A DNA stretch of 48,792 nt from a virus (IMGVR_UViG_3300020336_000012:1-48792), one strand, 5' to 3'. Numbered from the stretch's first letter, positions 36,540 through 45,893 are shown. Numbers and translations: made by a program. Notes: generated from the sequence alone by a model not told the origin.

Positions 36540-37484
36540 TTAAACGACAGTCGTATAATCGCCATCAGATCTATCTGCTTTCGCTTTCTCAGCTGCGTAT
36601 CTTTCAAGTGGTATATTCCATTTTTTCGCTAGACTAACATCTTCTTTTGTAAGTTTAACTTTATTTCTAGAAGCAGGAGAATGCGACCTTCCTGCTACCA
36701 CTTGTTTAGGCTTTTTCGGAGTAGCCTTTTCCGACACTTCATTATCACCAAACTTAGATGGTAATTCTTCTTTAAGACGGGCATTTACTTTTTCATAAAA
36801 AGAAGGATCACTTGGATCTTCGCCCTGCTCTTTTAATTCTGCATCAATTGATAAAGCAACAGCTGTAGCTGTACGATCTTTACCAAACCAATCATTTGTC
36901 TCAGCCCAATCTTTTGCAAGAGGGTCTATTTCAGGAGGAGCAGTATCGTATTGTTTCTGTCTCTTTTCTTCTTCTTCCTGATATTGTGTCTTTTGTTGTT
37001 CGATCCATTGTTTCTTTTGATCAATCAACCTTAACTCTGTTTTAGCTTCTGCTAACTCTTCTTGTGCATTTAACACTGCATCTTTGTTTCCTGCATCATA
37101 AGCTTCTTTAAACTTATTACGTGCATTCTCAAGTTTAGAGTTTACTTCACCTTCTTTAGCTTCTGCTAACGCACCATCGTAATCGTAACGTATCTTACCA
37201 ACTTCAGACATTTGATGACGTAAAGCACTTAATTCTTCTTTTGCTCTAAATAACTCTTCGTCACGGTCTTTACGTTGTTTTATTAACTGACGTATTCTTT
37301 TCTCAGCACCTTTAGTTTCAATTCCTTCTAACTCAGGTTCTTTATCTTCAGATGTTTCTTCTTGAATTTCAACTTCAGGTTGAAGATCTACTTCAACAGT
37401 TTCTTCAGTATCAATTTCTAAATCTTCAGGAGCTTGATTTAATTCAATCTTACCCCATTCATTTTCATTTTCGTCAGTTATCAT
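36540..37484 (-). CDS. capsid scaffolding protein
   Basis: acidic N-terminus, long coiled coil (KRI.QL), DP.A..W...N.WFG, C-terminal KVKLT......AKK..IPLE.YA. Confidence 0.7.
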   Translation of the reverse strand: MITDENENEWGKIELNQAPEDLEIDTEETVEVDLQPEVEIQEETSEDKEPELEGIETKGAEKRIRQLIKQRKDRDEELFRAKEELSALRHQMSEVGKIRYDYDGALAEAKEGEVNSKLENARNKFKEAYDAGNKDAVLNAQEELAEAKTELRLIDQKKQWIEQQKTQYQEEEEKRQKQYDTAPPEIDPLAKDWAETNDWFGKDRTATAVALSIDAELKEQGEDPSDPSFYEKVNARLKEELPSKFGDNEVSEKATPKKPKQVVAGRSHSPASRNKVKLTKEDVSLAKKWNIPLERYAAEKAKADRSDGDYTTVV

Positions 37485-37512
37485 ATCTTTCTCCGCAGTT
37501 GCGATTCTACGT

Positions 37513-37932
37513 TTACGCTACAAGTGAGTACATGGGGTCTATATCAGCAGGGTCTTCAATCGTCATAATGACTTGATCATCATATATAAGTAAGTAACGA
37601 ATTCCCTGATATATAAACTTTTGTCCTGTATGTTTACCATAACACACATAATCTCCTTCACTACACCATGATCCTGAAGGAAACTTTCCTTTATCTTTAT
37701 ACGCTAAAGAACCAACCTTCACAACCCTTCCGACAGTTGTAAGATATTGGATGTCATCTTTAAACTTATCTGGCATAATAATACCACCCTTTGTCTTTGT
37801 TCTTATCGACAAAGGACGAACTAGAATATGATAACCGGGAACATTAGGTAAAGTTTCAGGATCTGGCATCTCATCATCCGTAATCCATTCATCATTCTGT
37901 GTAGAGTTTGACATATTGGGTTGAAGAACCAT
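37513..37932 (-). CDS. groES: phage GroES-like co-chaperonin
   Basis: GY.ILVRP.....KTKGGII.P, V.KVG..AY, C.EGD.V.Y.K..G, LI.DD.V. Confidence 0.8.
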   Translation of the reverse strand: MVLQPNMSNSTQNDEWITDDEMPDPETLPNVPGYHILVRPLSIRTKTKGGIIMPDKFKDDIQYLTTVGRVVKVGSLAYKDKGKFPSGSWCSEGDYVCYGKHTGQKFIYQGIRYLLIYDDQVIMTIEDPADIDPMYSLVA

Positions 37933-37939
37933 TTAATAA

Positions 37940-38143
37940 TTACTCCGAATCTTCTTCAAGGTTTTCCATAATAGTAGCATGGTAATCATCTACCACATGT
38001 ACAGATCTTGTCAACCCCTCTATTACTCCCGTTAAATGTTTATATTGATTAAAGTCTTCACACATGCCAGTAGCAAGCTGTTCTGATATCTGATCTATTT
38101 GTTTTTGAATTAAGTCTTTTATTTCTTGAATATCTTGAAACAA
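37940..38143 (-). CDS. small helical hypothetical protein
   Basis: L..G...DF.QYK...G.I.GL pattern between portal and groES. Confidence 0.6.
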   Translation of the reverse strand: MFQDIQEIKDLIQKQIDQISEQLATGMCEDFNQYKHLTGVIEGLTRSVHVVDDYHATIMENLEEDSE

Positions 38144-38443
38144 TTAACAACGCCACCTTTTACGTGCTTGTCTTAAACGACTATTAGGATTCTTAGCTGC
38201 TTTAGGAAACTTCTTCATCTGACCTGCTGATCTAGCGCAGTAAGATTTACGTCTGTTAGCAGCTTTACTTCCTTTTTTAACTTTTCCCGTAACAGCTGTT
38301 TTTAGGTTACTTCCGGGGTTTTGCCTACGATACTTCGCTACACCCTTCTTTGTCAACCCTGCACCAGATTTAGTGGGACGTTTATCCCCACTCTTGATGC
38401 TCATTCCTTTCATGTTACTCTTTTTTCTCTTCTTCTCTGCCAT
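38144..38443 (-). CDS. basic protein (DUF6321-like)
   Basis: GLT.KG...Y...NPGS.LK, RRKSYCARS.G, PNSRL..A..RW.C. Confidence 0.7.
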   Translation of the reverse strand: MAEKKRKKSNMKGMSIKSGDKRPTKSGAGLTKKGVAKYRRQNPGSNLKTAVTGKVKKGSKAANRRKSYCARSAGQMKKFPKAAKNPNSRLRQARKRWRC

Positions 38444-38576
38444 AAGTATTCCTATACTTTACTTGAAGGTAGTTACACAATCCTTGCCAGTATTCGTCAA
38501 AATGATCATATTCTTTTTTTTGAGGTTTTCTAACTGTGTGATCTATACCCTTCTCGTTAAGTGGTGTATCTTTCAA
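38415..38576 (-). CDS. 53-aa hypothetical protein (TTG start, not in ORF track)
   Basis: MKDTPLNEKGIDHTVRKPQKKEYDHFDEYWQGLCNYLQVKYRNTYGREEEKKE; AAGGTGA upstream; TTGA coupling. Confidence 0.45.
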   Translation of the reverse strand: MKDTPLNEKGIDHTVRKPQKKEYDHFDEYWQGLCNYLQVKYRNTYGREEEKKE

Positions 38577-38650
38577 TTCATCACCTTTAATATATCAATA
38601 ACACCTATACCTATTGCCGTGTAACTTATCACTGTAAAAAGTACAATCAT
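38573..38650 (-). CDS. 25-aa hydrophobic peptide (not in ORF track)
   Basis: MIVLFTVISYTAIGIGVIDILKVMN; start/stop overlaps with both neighbours. Confidence 0.4.
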   Translation of the reverse strand: MIVLFTVISYTAIGIGVIDILKVMN

Positions 38651-38835
38651 GTTTTTTTCATCTTTTTAAAAGTTTTTGCTAAGTTAGCTTGTTTACGTGT
38701 TCTTGGGTTTTTACTTTTAGCAGCTTTGTTTAACTGTGCTGTTGTAATTTTTTCTCCTTTTTTAACTTTAAGTTTTTTACGTAAAGCACCGGGACGTTTA
38801 ACCGCATCTTTAATCCAATTTTTCTTTTTACTCAT
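38647..38835 (-). CDS. Lys-rich small protein
   Basis: WIK.A.KRPGALRKKL...L.KAAK...R.QA.LAKT.KK. Confidence 0.7.
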   Translation of the reverse strand: MSKKKNWIKDAVKRPGALRKKLKVKKGEKITTAQLNKAAKSKNPRTRKQANLAKTFKKMKKT

Positions 38836-38972
38836 GACTTCTTGCCCTTTTTCTTACTCTTTGGAAAACCAGCTTTCATGTTGGCGTAGGCTTTTTTAGA
38901 AACTGTACTATTCTTTTTACTTCTAGAAGTACCAGCTTTTTTACGTTTATTAATATTTCTATAAAGAGACAT
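38832..38972 (-). CDS. 46-aa Lys-rich protein (not in ORF track)
   Basis: MSLYRNINKRKKAGTSRSKKNSTVSKKAYANMKAGFPKSKKKGKKS; ATGA coupling to next gene. Confidence 0.65.
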   Translation of the reverse strand: MSLYRNINKRKKAGTSRSKKNSTVSKKAYANMKAGFPKSKKKGKKS

Positions 38973-39309
38973 TTGGATGTTTCCCGTTGTGCATGTGTTC
39001 TACGTTTTTTACTCTTGCTTTAAGATCTTCAATCTCCGAAAGTACCTTTCCTAATTCTCTATTACGTCTTTCTAAATTACTAGGACTTAGTATATCTGAT
39101 AGTACTTTTATTTGAGAAGATTTAACAGCACTTCCTGCTTCTACAATATCAAGCTTATTATATATCTCTTGAATGTTCTCTTTCATTTCGTCACGGCTTT
39201 TTAACAAGTTTCTTACTTGTGTCCTGACTAGCATCCATGCTCCTGATAAGGATGCTAAAACCGCAGCTAACTGTAACAGCATTCTGCTATCTAATGCAAT
39301 CGGTTCCAT
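38959..39309 (-). CDS. membrane-anchored coiled-coil protein
   Basis: N-terminal hydrophobic helix followed by heptad repeats. Confidence 0.55.
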   Translation of the reverse strand: MEPIALDSRMLLQLAAVLASLSGAWMLVRTQVRNLLKSRDEMKENIQEIYNKLDIVEAGSAVKSSQIKVLSDILSPSNLERRNRELGKVLSEIEDLKARVKNVEHMHNGKHPNVSL

Positions 39310-39554
39310 TTAATAAGCTCACCTTTAAATTCTTGTTTCTTTTTAAACTTTTTCTTTTTTAGTAACTCTTCTGGGTCTTTCTCTGTACAATTAGCAGCAG
39401 CTGACATAAGAGGAAATCTAATAGAAGAAGCTTTAATTATACTTGCTCCTCTTAAATAGCACTCTTCTATCGAAGAATAAGGTCCAACTTCATCCTGTAA
39501 TATAGTAGGACATGACTGTGCAAATATACAAATTATAACAAACGAATAAAACAT
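39291..39554 (-). CDS. small Cys-containing hypothetical protein
   Basis: hydrophobic N-terminus, GPY.S.EEC..R motif; TAATG coupling to portal stop. Confidence 0.5.
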   Translation of the reverse strand: MFYSFVIICIFAQSCPTILQDEVGPYSSIEECYLRGASIIKASSIRFPLMSAAANCTEKDPEELLKKKKFKKKQEFKGELIKWNRLH

Positions 39555-42500
39555 TATGCTAAGTTAAATAAATTTCCTTCTGATGCTCTTCGTCTTACTA
39601 GACCTTTAAGAGGCTTACCATTTTGATTTACAAATCCATTCTCAAAAGAAAATGCTTGGTTATAGAACTCATCAAAGTTTCCGTTATTTAAAGCCTTTAA
39701 CGCCATGCTTCTAGAAAAAGCTCCTAGACCAACATTATCTACAAGAGATATAATGGCTGTTCTTTGGTTACGAGATAAAGGAACTTTAATTAATTTATCT
39801 ATATCTTCTCCTACCTTTTTAAGTCTTTTGGCTAAGTCATCCTTTGCTTCTTCTTTTGTAACACTAGTTTTATTAGATTGAGTATCTCCATAACCTACTG
39901 TAGATATTCCTTGCTTTTCTTCGAACTTAGTAGCAAAATAACTATTACCTTTAAACTTTTCAAACTGAGCTACTACATCTTCTGGATTAGCGTTCTTATT
40001 AAACTTATCTAAATTTTTCATGTTAAACCTTGATTTCTTAAACAATTGTTTCTGTACATCTGGTACAGCCTGACTTACTTTTTCGAATACTCGTGTCATT
40101 CCTTCAAACGGAGAAGGTGCTAAAGGTAGACTTCCCGGTTCAGGTTGAGTTTCAATTTTAGGTGGAGGACTTCCTGCTATAGATGGTTTGAGGTCAGCAG
40201 GTGCTACATTCTGTGGCATACCCGGAACAGGCTTACTCATAGACGCAAGTGTAGGTATTTCTACTGTTTCTCCTAATCCTTCTGGAAAACTATCTGCTTT
40301 TTTTTGATCTTTAACTTCTTGTTGTTTCCGTAACTCGTCTCTCATTCCTTTATTATCTATAATAACTGGCGGTTTTGGTTTTACAGGTTCAGGAGTTGGT
40401 CCTTCTAAATCACCAATACCAATATCTACTTCAGGAGTTGGTCCTTCTAAATCACCAATACCAATATCTACTTCAGGAGTTGGTCCTTCTAAATTACCAA
40501 TACCAATATCTACTTCAGGAGTTTGTCTTTCTACGGGAAACTCAGGTGGTAATGCACCTGAATCTACTGTACCTCTTCCGTATACTGGAGAAGAATCTGT
40601 ACTTGAATCATCAACATCATCTCTAATAACTGATCCTTCTGGAACAAATGTTTCTGCATTTGGATCAGTAATTCTTTCTTCGCTTTTACCTAATCCACCT
40701 GAAAAGTCATCTGCAAGGAATTGCTCTGCTTCTCCTACTGTGTCTAAATTAGAATCAACAGTCGGAGTTGTGCTTCTTCTTTTTTCTTCATCTTCTATTA
40801 TTGCTTGGTACTTTAAATTGTCTTCTAAAGAATCAGAATCTCTTAAATCAAATTTATAAGATTCATAAGTGTCACGTATTGATTCATCAGCTGTACGTTT
40901 ACGTCCACCGCCTATCGTAGCAAAGAAACCTTCAAGAGCGTCAGAAATTACACTTGGGTTTTCAAAAGCTTCTCTACCACCTGCTCTCTCTAAAAACTCT
41001 TCAAAGAACTTACCACCTTGTGCAAGGCGTACTGGACCACCAGATGCATAACGATCTTCATTCATACGTTTGTCAATCATCAAGTCTCGTTCTTTCGCAA
41101 GGTTCTTTAATGATTCAATAGTTAGTTTTGCATTTGTAGTACGTATGGAATTATCGTCACGTATACGAGCATCCATCTTTTTTTGTTCGCTTTCTGAAAC
41201 TTTTCCAGCAGCATCTAACTGAACTCCCATTTCTTTAAGATCAAGCTCACGGTTCTTAATAGAAAGTTCTGCTGCATCTTTAGTTGCAGTCATCTGTAGT
41301 TTTTGTTGGTCAAGGTCTAATCTTGCGCTTTCAAGAAGTAAGTTCTGATTTTCAAGAGAATCTTCAGAAGCTGTACCCATGTTTGCTTCAAGTATTTGTT
41401 CAGCTGCATTGATAGATAACTGACTTAATACTTCAGGAGAAACTTCTCCGGGTGGTGTCTCCGTCTTCATTAGTCCAGACATTTGCTCTTGATACTGCAT
41501 AACCATATGCTGTTGTATGTTGGCCTGAAGAACAGGAACAGCAGGAGCCATCATTTCAGTTTTTCCTAATGTAGGATCATCTATAAAGGCTGTTTTAATC
41601 GCAATGTGGGCAGCATGGTCCTGTTGTGGAAAAGCCTGTATAGGCATTCCCTTCACAACCAAATCAATATCAGTTATAGGATCATGAGGTTCAGGAGGGT
41701 TCTTTGGTGTAAAGAAACGATCTGGGTTCTGTATATTAGCAGCCTTTAGGATCGAAAGGTGTACTTGTTGGATGTTATACATTCCTTGTGGTGCTTGGGA
41801 CGATAACTGTAGAACCATCTGGGCCATAGACAACCTATGAGCAGCAGAGGGGATATTAGGATCAGATACAGGAATAACATCAACACGCCCATCGAAGTCA
41901 GACTTAAATACAGAAGTAGTGATATTAGGGACATCATAAGGGTATTCATCAGGCAAAAACTCAAAGTTAATTTTAGAAAGAATACGAAACTCATCACGTT
42001 GGCTTTTATGTAAACGTTTATGTATAGCACTAAAGAACTTAGCAGAAGACTCTATAAGAGCCATTGTTGTGCCTACAGGACCGTAGTTAGATGATTCATT
42101 AACTATCTGTTCAGTACTGTCAGCAAACTTCTGTCCTGCTCCTGTCATAAACGTAAGCATGTTAAAAAGAGTTTGTGATGGTTCTTTATATGGTAATGGT
42201 ACAATAGACTTTTGAAGATCAAGTCCAGTAGCTTCTACTTCACGGAATTCACCCGGAGCAATAGGATCATTGTTGCCAACGATACGTACACCACGAGCTT
42301 TAAATCCTCCCGGTAGATTAGAGAACTGACCAGCATCAACAAGACTACGTAGTGCAGATGTAGCACTCATTGTCATATTACCAAGCAAATGAATAAGACC
42401 AAGACCGTAAAAACCAAATCCCGGTACAAACTTGTAATGTGTAAAGTAAGTTTGTTTTTCTTTTGTTATATCTTCTTTAGACCAGTTTCTACGTAGAGCA

Positions 42501-43492
42501 ATAATCTCTCTACTCTCTTTTTCAACTGTAACTACATACGGAAGAGCAACACCATCCTCACTGCTAAACGGTTCTGGTAAGTCAAGGTAACAATGTTGTT
42601 CAAGTAACACATACTGTTGATCAAAGTCATCAGCAGGACTGATACCCATAATAGAGTCAATCTTACTTGTAAACGAAGTAGGGTCAGGCGTAGTTGGATC
42701 TTCTAAACCCACATCCATATACATTCCACCTTGTACATCTCTCTCCATCTCAGTTATGCTTCGATGAATTACTTGTGTATATCGTTCTGCTTTCTGTATG
42801 TCAGATGCATAGTAAGACACGTAGAACTGATCAATAGGGATAAACTCTGAACAAGGCCGTCTTAATGTAGGATCATAGTACATCTTTTTAAATGCACTAC
42901 CTATCAAGGGAAGATGAAACAACATCTTTTCGAACTCATCGAAATATTCACTGATCTGTTCAGTAAACTGATAGTTCATAAAGTCTTGTACACGAGTAGC
43001 TTGGTCTTCTCTTTCTTGATCTGCATTTCCTACAATCTGTGTACGAACAGGACCGCCTGATGGAAACAGTTCTATAGAAGCTTTAGATTGAAACTTAACA
43101 GCTGCCTCTATAATCAGAGGTGAAACGGCTGTACATGATCCTTCAAAAGGTTCTGTAGTTTCCTGTAATTTAAGACCAAGCAGGTCAAAGCCACGTTCAA
43201 AGGTTGATTCCCACTCTTCTCTTGATTCTTTGTCTGCTTGGTACGAATCAATAACATCTCCAGAAATCTCTGCAAGATCTTCAGGATCAATTAATTCTGC
43301 AAGGTTAGCATAGTGATCATCTTGTGCAGCTTGTAACGCTAACTCATCTTCTACGGCAATTGCATCTATTCCTGCCATCTCACTGTCATCAGGATCTTCT
43401 ATTTCAATTTCCAATTCGCTTTCGTCAAATTCAGGTTGTGGCATACTTGTGCCACCAACTAAACTTAACAAAGGATTTTTTTCAATTGCCAT
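39554..43492 (-). CDS. portal protein with C-terminal GH24 lysozyme fusion
   Basis: N-term: SR.EWE, PF.G.C....P.I.EA...FQ, FMNYQ, LPL.GSAFKK.YYD, GFYGLGLIH, LPYKEPS, PVGTT.AL, PVSDPN; C-term: FE.F...STVGYG, V.L..NQ..A..SL..NVG.G.F..S..L..LN, GLVRRRA.E..LF. Confidence 0.85.
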   Translation of the reverse strand: MAIEKNPLLSLVGGTSMPQPEFDESELEIEIEDPDDSEMAGIDAIAVEDELALQAAQDDHYANLAELIDPEDLAEISGDVIDSYQADKESREEWESTFERGFDLLGLKLQETTEPFEGSCTAVSPLIIEAAVKFQSKASIELFPSGGPVRTQIVGNADQEREDQATRVQDFMNYQFTEQISEYFDEFEKMLFHLPLIGSAFKKMYYDPTLRRPCSEFIPIDQFYVSYYASDIQKAERYTQVIHRSITEMERDVQGGMYMDVGLEDPTTPDPTSFTSKIDSIMGISPADDFDQQYVLLEQHCYLDLPEPFSSEDGVALPYVVTVEKESREIIALRRNWSKEDITKEKQTYFTHYKFVPGFGFYGLGLIHLLGNMTMSATSALRSLVDAGQFSNLPGGFKARGVRIVGNNDPIAPGEFREVEATGLDLQKSIVPLPYKEPSQTLFNMLTFMTGAGQKFADSTEQIVNESSNYGPVGTTMALIESSAKFFSAIHKRLHKSQRDEFRILSKINFEFLPDEYPYDVPNITTSVFKSDFDGRVDVIPVSDPNIPSAAHRLSMAQMVLQLSSQAPQGMYNIQQVHLSILKAANIQNPDRFFTPKNPPEPHDPITDIDLVVKGMPIQAFPQQDHAAHIAIKTAFIDDPTLGKTEMMAPAVPVLQANIQQHMVMQYQEQMSGLMKTETPPGEVSPEVLSQLSINAAEQILEANMGTASEDSLENQNLLLESARLDLDQQKLQMTATKDAAELSIKNRELDLKEMGVQLDAAGKVSESEQKKMDARIRDDNSIRTTNAKLTIESLKNLAKERDLMIDKRMNEDRYASGGPVRLAQGGKFFEEFLERAGGREAFENPSVISDALEGFFATIGGGRKRTADESIRDTYESYKFDLRDSDSLEDNLKYQAIIEDEEKRRSTTPTVDSNLDTVGEAEQFLADDFSGGLGKSEERITDPNAETFVPEGSVIRDDVDDSSTDSSPVYGRGTVDSGALPPEFPVERQTPEVDIGIGNLEGPTPEVDIGIGDLEGPTPEVDIGIGDLEGPTPEPVKPKPPVIIDNKGMRDELRKQQEVKDQKKADSFPEGLGETVEIPTLASMSKPVPGMPQNVAPADLKPSIAGSPPPKIETQPEPGSLPLAPSPFEGMTRVFEKVSQAVPDVQKQLFKKSRFNMKNLDKFNKNANPEDVVAQFEKFKGNSYFATKFEEKQGISTVGYGDTQSNKTSVTKEEAKDDLAKRLKKVGEDIDKLIKVPLSRNQRTAIISLVDNVGLGAFSRSMALKALNNGNFDEFYNQAFSFENGFVNQNGKPLKGLVRRRASEGNLFNLA
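40388..40523. repeat. 42-bp tandem repeat x3.2 encoding TPEVDIGIG(D/N)LEGP
   Basis: units start at 40388, 40430, 40472 and a partial unit at 40514; one mismatch between units. Confidence 0.95.
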
Positions 43493-43509
43493 AACTTTAC
43501 TTCCCTATA

Positions 43510-45066
43510 TCACATGTAGGAGTTTTTAGAAAAATTCCAATACCCTTTACGGGGTGGTTTATAAACGTCTTCATCTTCTTCATATTCAGGATCGTCTTCA
43601 TGAGTAACATACCATGAATCTCTCATATATAATATAGCCATTACCATTGCGTCAACCTGATCATCATAACGTGCATTTGGAAAACTGCAAGCCTCATCTA
43701 TTAACTCTAAGGCCCACTCTTTATCTTCAGGTAACCAAATCCTTCCGCTTTCAAGAAAAGGAGTAGCAGCGGTTGCTCTACTTACCTTATCACGATCAGG
43801 TGTATACTCCAACACAGGTAACCCCGCTCTTCGTAAATCTTGTAACAGTGACTGACCTGAAGCTTTCTTCTCAATCATAATAGCATCAGGATCATGTTTT
43901 TCATACTCTTCTTGTGCAGCTGAACGTAACTCTGGATATTCAAATCTTTTACGGATACTTCCAAGAAGAATTAAATTTGATATCCACCGTTCTCTTCCTG
44001 TACTATCTGTTTCTAATCTTTCAAAGATACCCCATGTTTGCATAACAGAATAATCAGCTGTTGTCTTTGAAGAGAAAGCTGTATCCATTGTTTGTATAAT
44101 AAACTGACAGTCAGGAGGTTCAGAGTGCTTCCAGCTTTTAAACCATCCCTTCTTTATTATTCCACCTTCATCTGGTGTAGGATCTTGCATATATAACGAC
44201 TGCCAGTAACGTGAGCCATTATGACGTTTTATTTCTACTTCGTCTACCTTTAATAAGTTGTCTGGTTTCCACTCAGGAAAATAACTGGTTCCTACTGGAA
44301 GATCAAGAAGTTTTGCTGCGGGTTCGTCAAGCCATGCAGGAATCTTAATCACTTCCCACGGGTGTATGATTACATCAGCTTCGTCAGCATTAGCTTCACT
44401 GTCTAACAACCAACCACATATATCATCTTCGTGGTAACGTGTGTTGATTATAACAATAGCTCCTGAAGGCATGAGTCGAGTACGTAGTCCAGCTGGATAC
44501 CATTCTTTTATATATCTTCTTCCTGCTTCGCTGAAGGCATCTTCTTCAGACATAACGTCATCAAGCATAGCTACGTGTGCGCCACGACCAGCAATCTGTG
44601 TTCGCACTCCAGCTGCAACATACACACCATTTTGATTTGTCTGCCACTTACCAGCAGACCTTACGTCACTTCTAAGTTTAACATCTGGAAAGATCATACT
44701 AAACATTTCATTATTAATTAAATCTCTTACTGATCTACCAAAGTCACTGGCAAGCTGATCACTGTGAGATACACTTAATATTTCATGATTAGGATGTCTT
44801 CCCATGTACCAAGCAGGAAAAAGCTTTGAGCATATTACAGACTTAGAGGAACGAGGAGGAAGAAAAACCATAAGACGTTTAACGTCACCGCTATCTACTT
44901 GTTGTAACTTATGGCATATAAGTTCTATATGTCTTCCCATTTGAAAGTCAGCAATCAAAAGGGGAGCCATCATCTTTACAAATGTAAGGAAGTCAGCAGA
45001 AGAAGCGTTAACTACATTCTCATATAATTTATCACGTAGTTTTAGTTCACCTGTTGTTGCACCCAT
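43510..45066 (-). CDS. terL: terminase large subunit
   Basis: Walker A-like LMVFLPPRSSKS, Walker B AMLDD, NTRYHEDD, SLYMQDP, nuclease MDTA / IEKKASG / DDQVDA; ATG 45066 preferred to overlapping 45114. Confidence 0.92.
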   Translation of the reverse strand: MGATTGELKLRDKLYENVVNASSADFLTFVKMMAPLLIADFQMGRHIELICHKLQQVDSGDVKRLMVFLPPRSSKSVICSKLFPAWYMGRHPNHEILSVSHSDQLASDFGRSVRDLINNEMFSMIFPDVKLRSDVRSAGKWQTNQNGVYVAAGVRTQIAGRGAHVAMLDDVMSEEDAFSEAGRRYIKEWYPAGLRTRLMPSGAIVIINTRYHEDDICGWLLDSEANADEADVIIHPWEVIKIPAWLDEPAAKLLDLPVGTSYFPEWKPDNLLKVDEVEIKRHNGSRYWQSLYMQDPTPDEGGIIKKGWFKSWKHSEPPDCQFIIQTMDTAFSSKTTADYSVMQTWGIFERLETDSTGRERWISNLILLGSIRKRFEYPELRSAAQEEYEKHDPDAIMIEKKASGQSLLQDLRRAGLPVLEYTPDRDKVSRATAATPFLESGRIWLPEDKEWALELIDEACSFPNARYDDQVDAMVMAILYMRDSWYVTHEDDPEYEEDEDVYKPPRKGYWNFSKNSYM

Positions 45067-45070
45067 GCCC

Positions 45071-45391
45071 TTAACTAAACCCACCCTGTCCGGGGAGTAA
45101 AGAAGACAAACCATTATTAGCCTGTTGTTGGTTCGGAGGTGTAGGTGAAGAAGGTAACTGAGTCGGCATGTAACCTGTAATGGTATTTGGTTGTACTTGA
45201 TTAGGTTGCATTAGCTGGCCTATGTTATTAACCGCATCGTCAGGAGTATTGTTTTGTATATCAGAAAGACGGGCATTCTGCTGGTGCATCATATAGTTAC
45301 CATACGTTTCTGGATTACGTCCTAATACAGGAGGCGCATTACTACTGGTTAAACCACCACTGTTAGGGGCTGGTGCGAAACCTTGACCCAT
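45071..45391 (-). CDS. Gln/Asn/Pro-rich hypothetical protein
   Basis: tightly packed in the operon; low complexity. Confidence 0.55.
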   Translation of the reverse strand: MGQGFAPAPNSGGLTSSNAPPVLGRNPETYGNYMMHQQNARLSDIQNNTPDDAVNNIGQLMQPNQVQPNTITGYMPTQLPSSPTPPNQQQANNGLSSLLPGQGGFS

Positions 45392-45395
45392 CTGA

Positions 45396-45725
45396 CTAAG
45401 AAAGCTCTTTTACGATACGTTTCTTTTCATCTTTAAGATTTCGTTTTCCTTTACGGGTACGTGCTTTTTCAGAATCTACACGACCAAGCTCTTCAAGTCT
45501 GTTTTCACGGCTTGTGTTGTAGTCGTATCCATCTACAACCTTGTGACCTGACGGAGAAGAAACAACACCACCTGTAGCCATATTATTTGAACGCTGACCA
45601 AAAGTCTGTGTGCCAGCACGGGCTTCTTCTTGAGGATATAGACCCTGACGATTCATTCCGTAGTCTTTAGCATCTGCCATTCCTTTTGGAGTATATGGAA
45701 ACTTTTTACCACCTACATTTGGCAT
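45396..45725 (-). CDS. small basic putative virion protein
   Basis: MP.VG.KKFPYT.KG...AK, MATGG, NT.RENRLEELGRVD.E; GGAG RBS. Confidence 0.65.
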   Translation of the reverse strand: MPNVGGKKFPYTPKGMADAKDYGMNRQGLYPQEEARAGTQTFGQRSNNMATGGVVSSPSGHKVVDGYDYNTSRENRLEELGRVDSEKARTRKGKRNLKDEKKRIVKELS

Positions 45726-45728
45726 GAT

Positions 45729-45893
45729 TTATTTCTCCGTTCTAAATGGTTCGGGTTGTGAGTAGACTTCATCTACGACAACGTTTGTTTCTGGACCAAG
45801 AACATTTGGACCTTTACGAGCAGCACCGTAACCTTGTCCCGTTGGACGGCCCACAATTTTATCTAAATAAACACAATCTTCTGTTCTTTCCAT
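45729..45893 (-). CDS. 54-aa hypothetical protein (not in ORF track)
   Basis: MERTEDCVYLDKIVGRPTGQGYGAARKGPNVLGPETNVVVDEVYSQPEPFRTEK; AAGGA upstream; fills the gap. Confidence 0.6.
   Translation of the reverse strand: MERTEDCVYLDKIVGRPTGQGYGAARKGPNVLGPETNVVVDEVYSQPEPFRTEK

Noticed and set aside
40388-40523. CRISPR-like repeat array
   Set aside because: Units are head-to-tail with no spacers and are in-frame coding repeats
3230-45066. Inteins or introns in nrdJ, portal or terL
   Set aside because: No intein terminal motifs, homing endonuclease motifs or frame breaks seen; nrdJ and terL are of ordinary length
45067-45114. Longer terL start at 45114
   Set aside because: Overlaps the upstream gene; ATG 45066 follows that gene's stop closely
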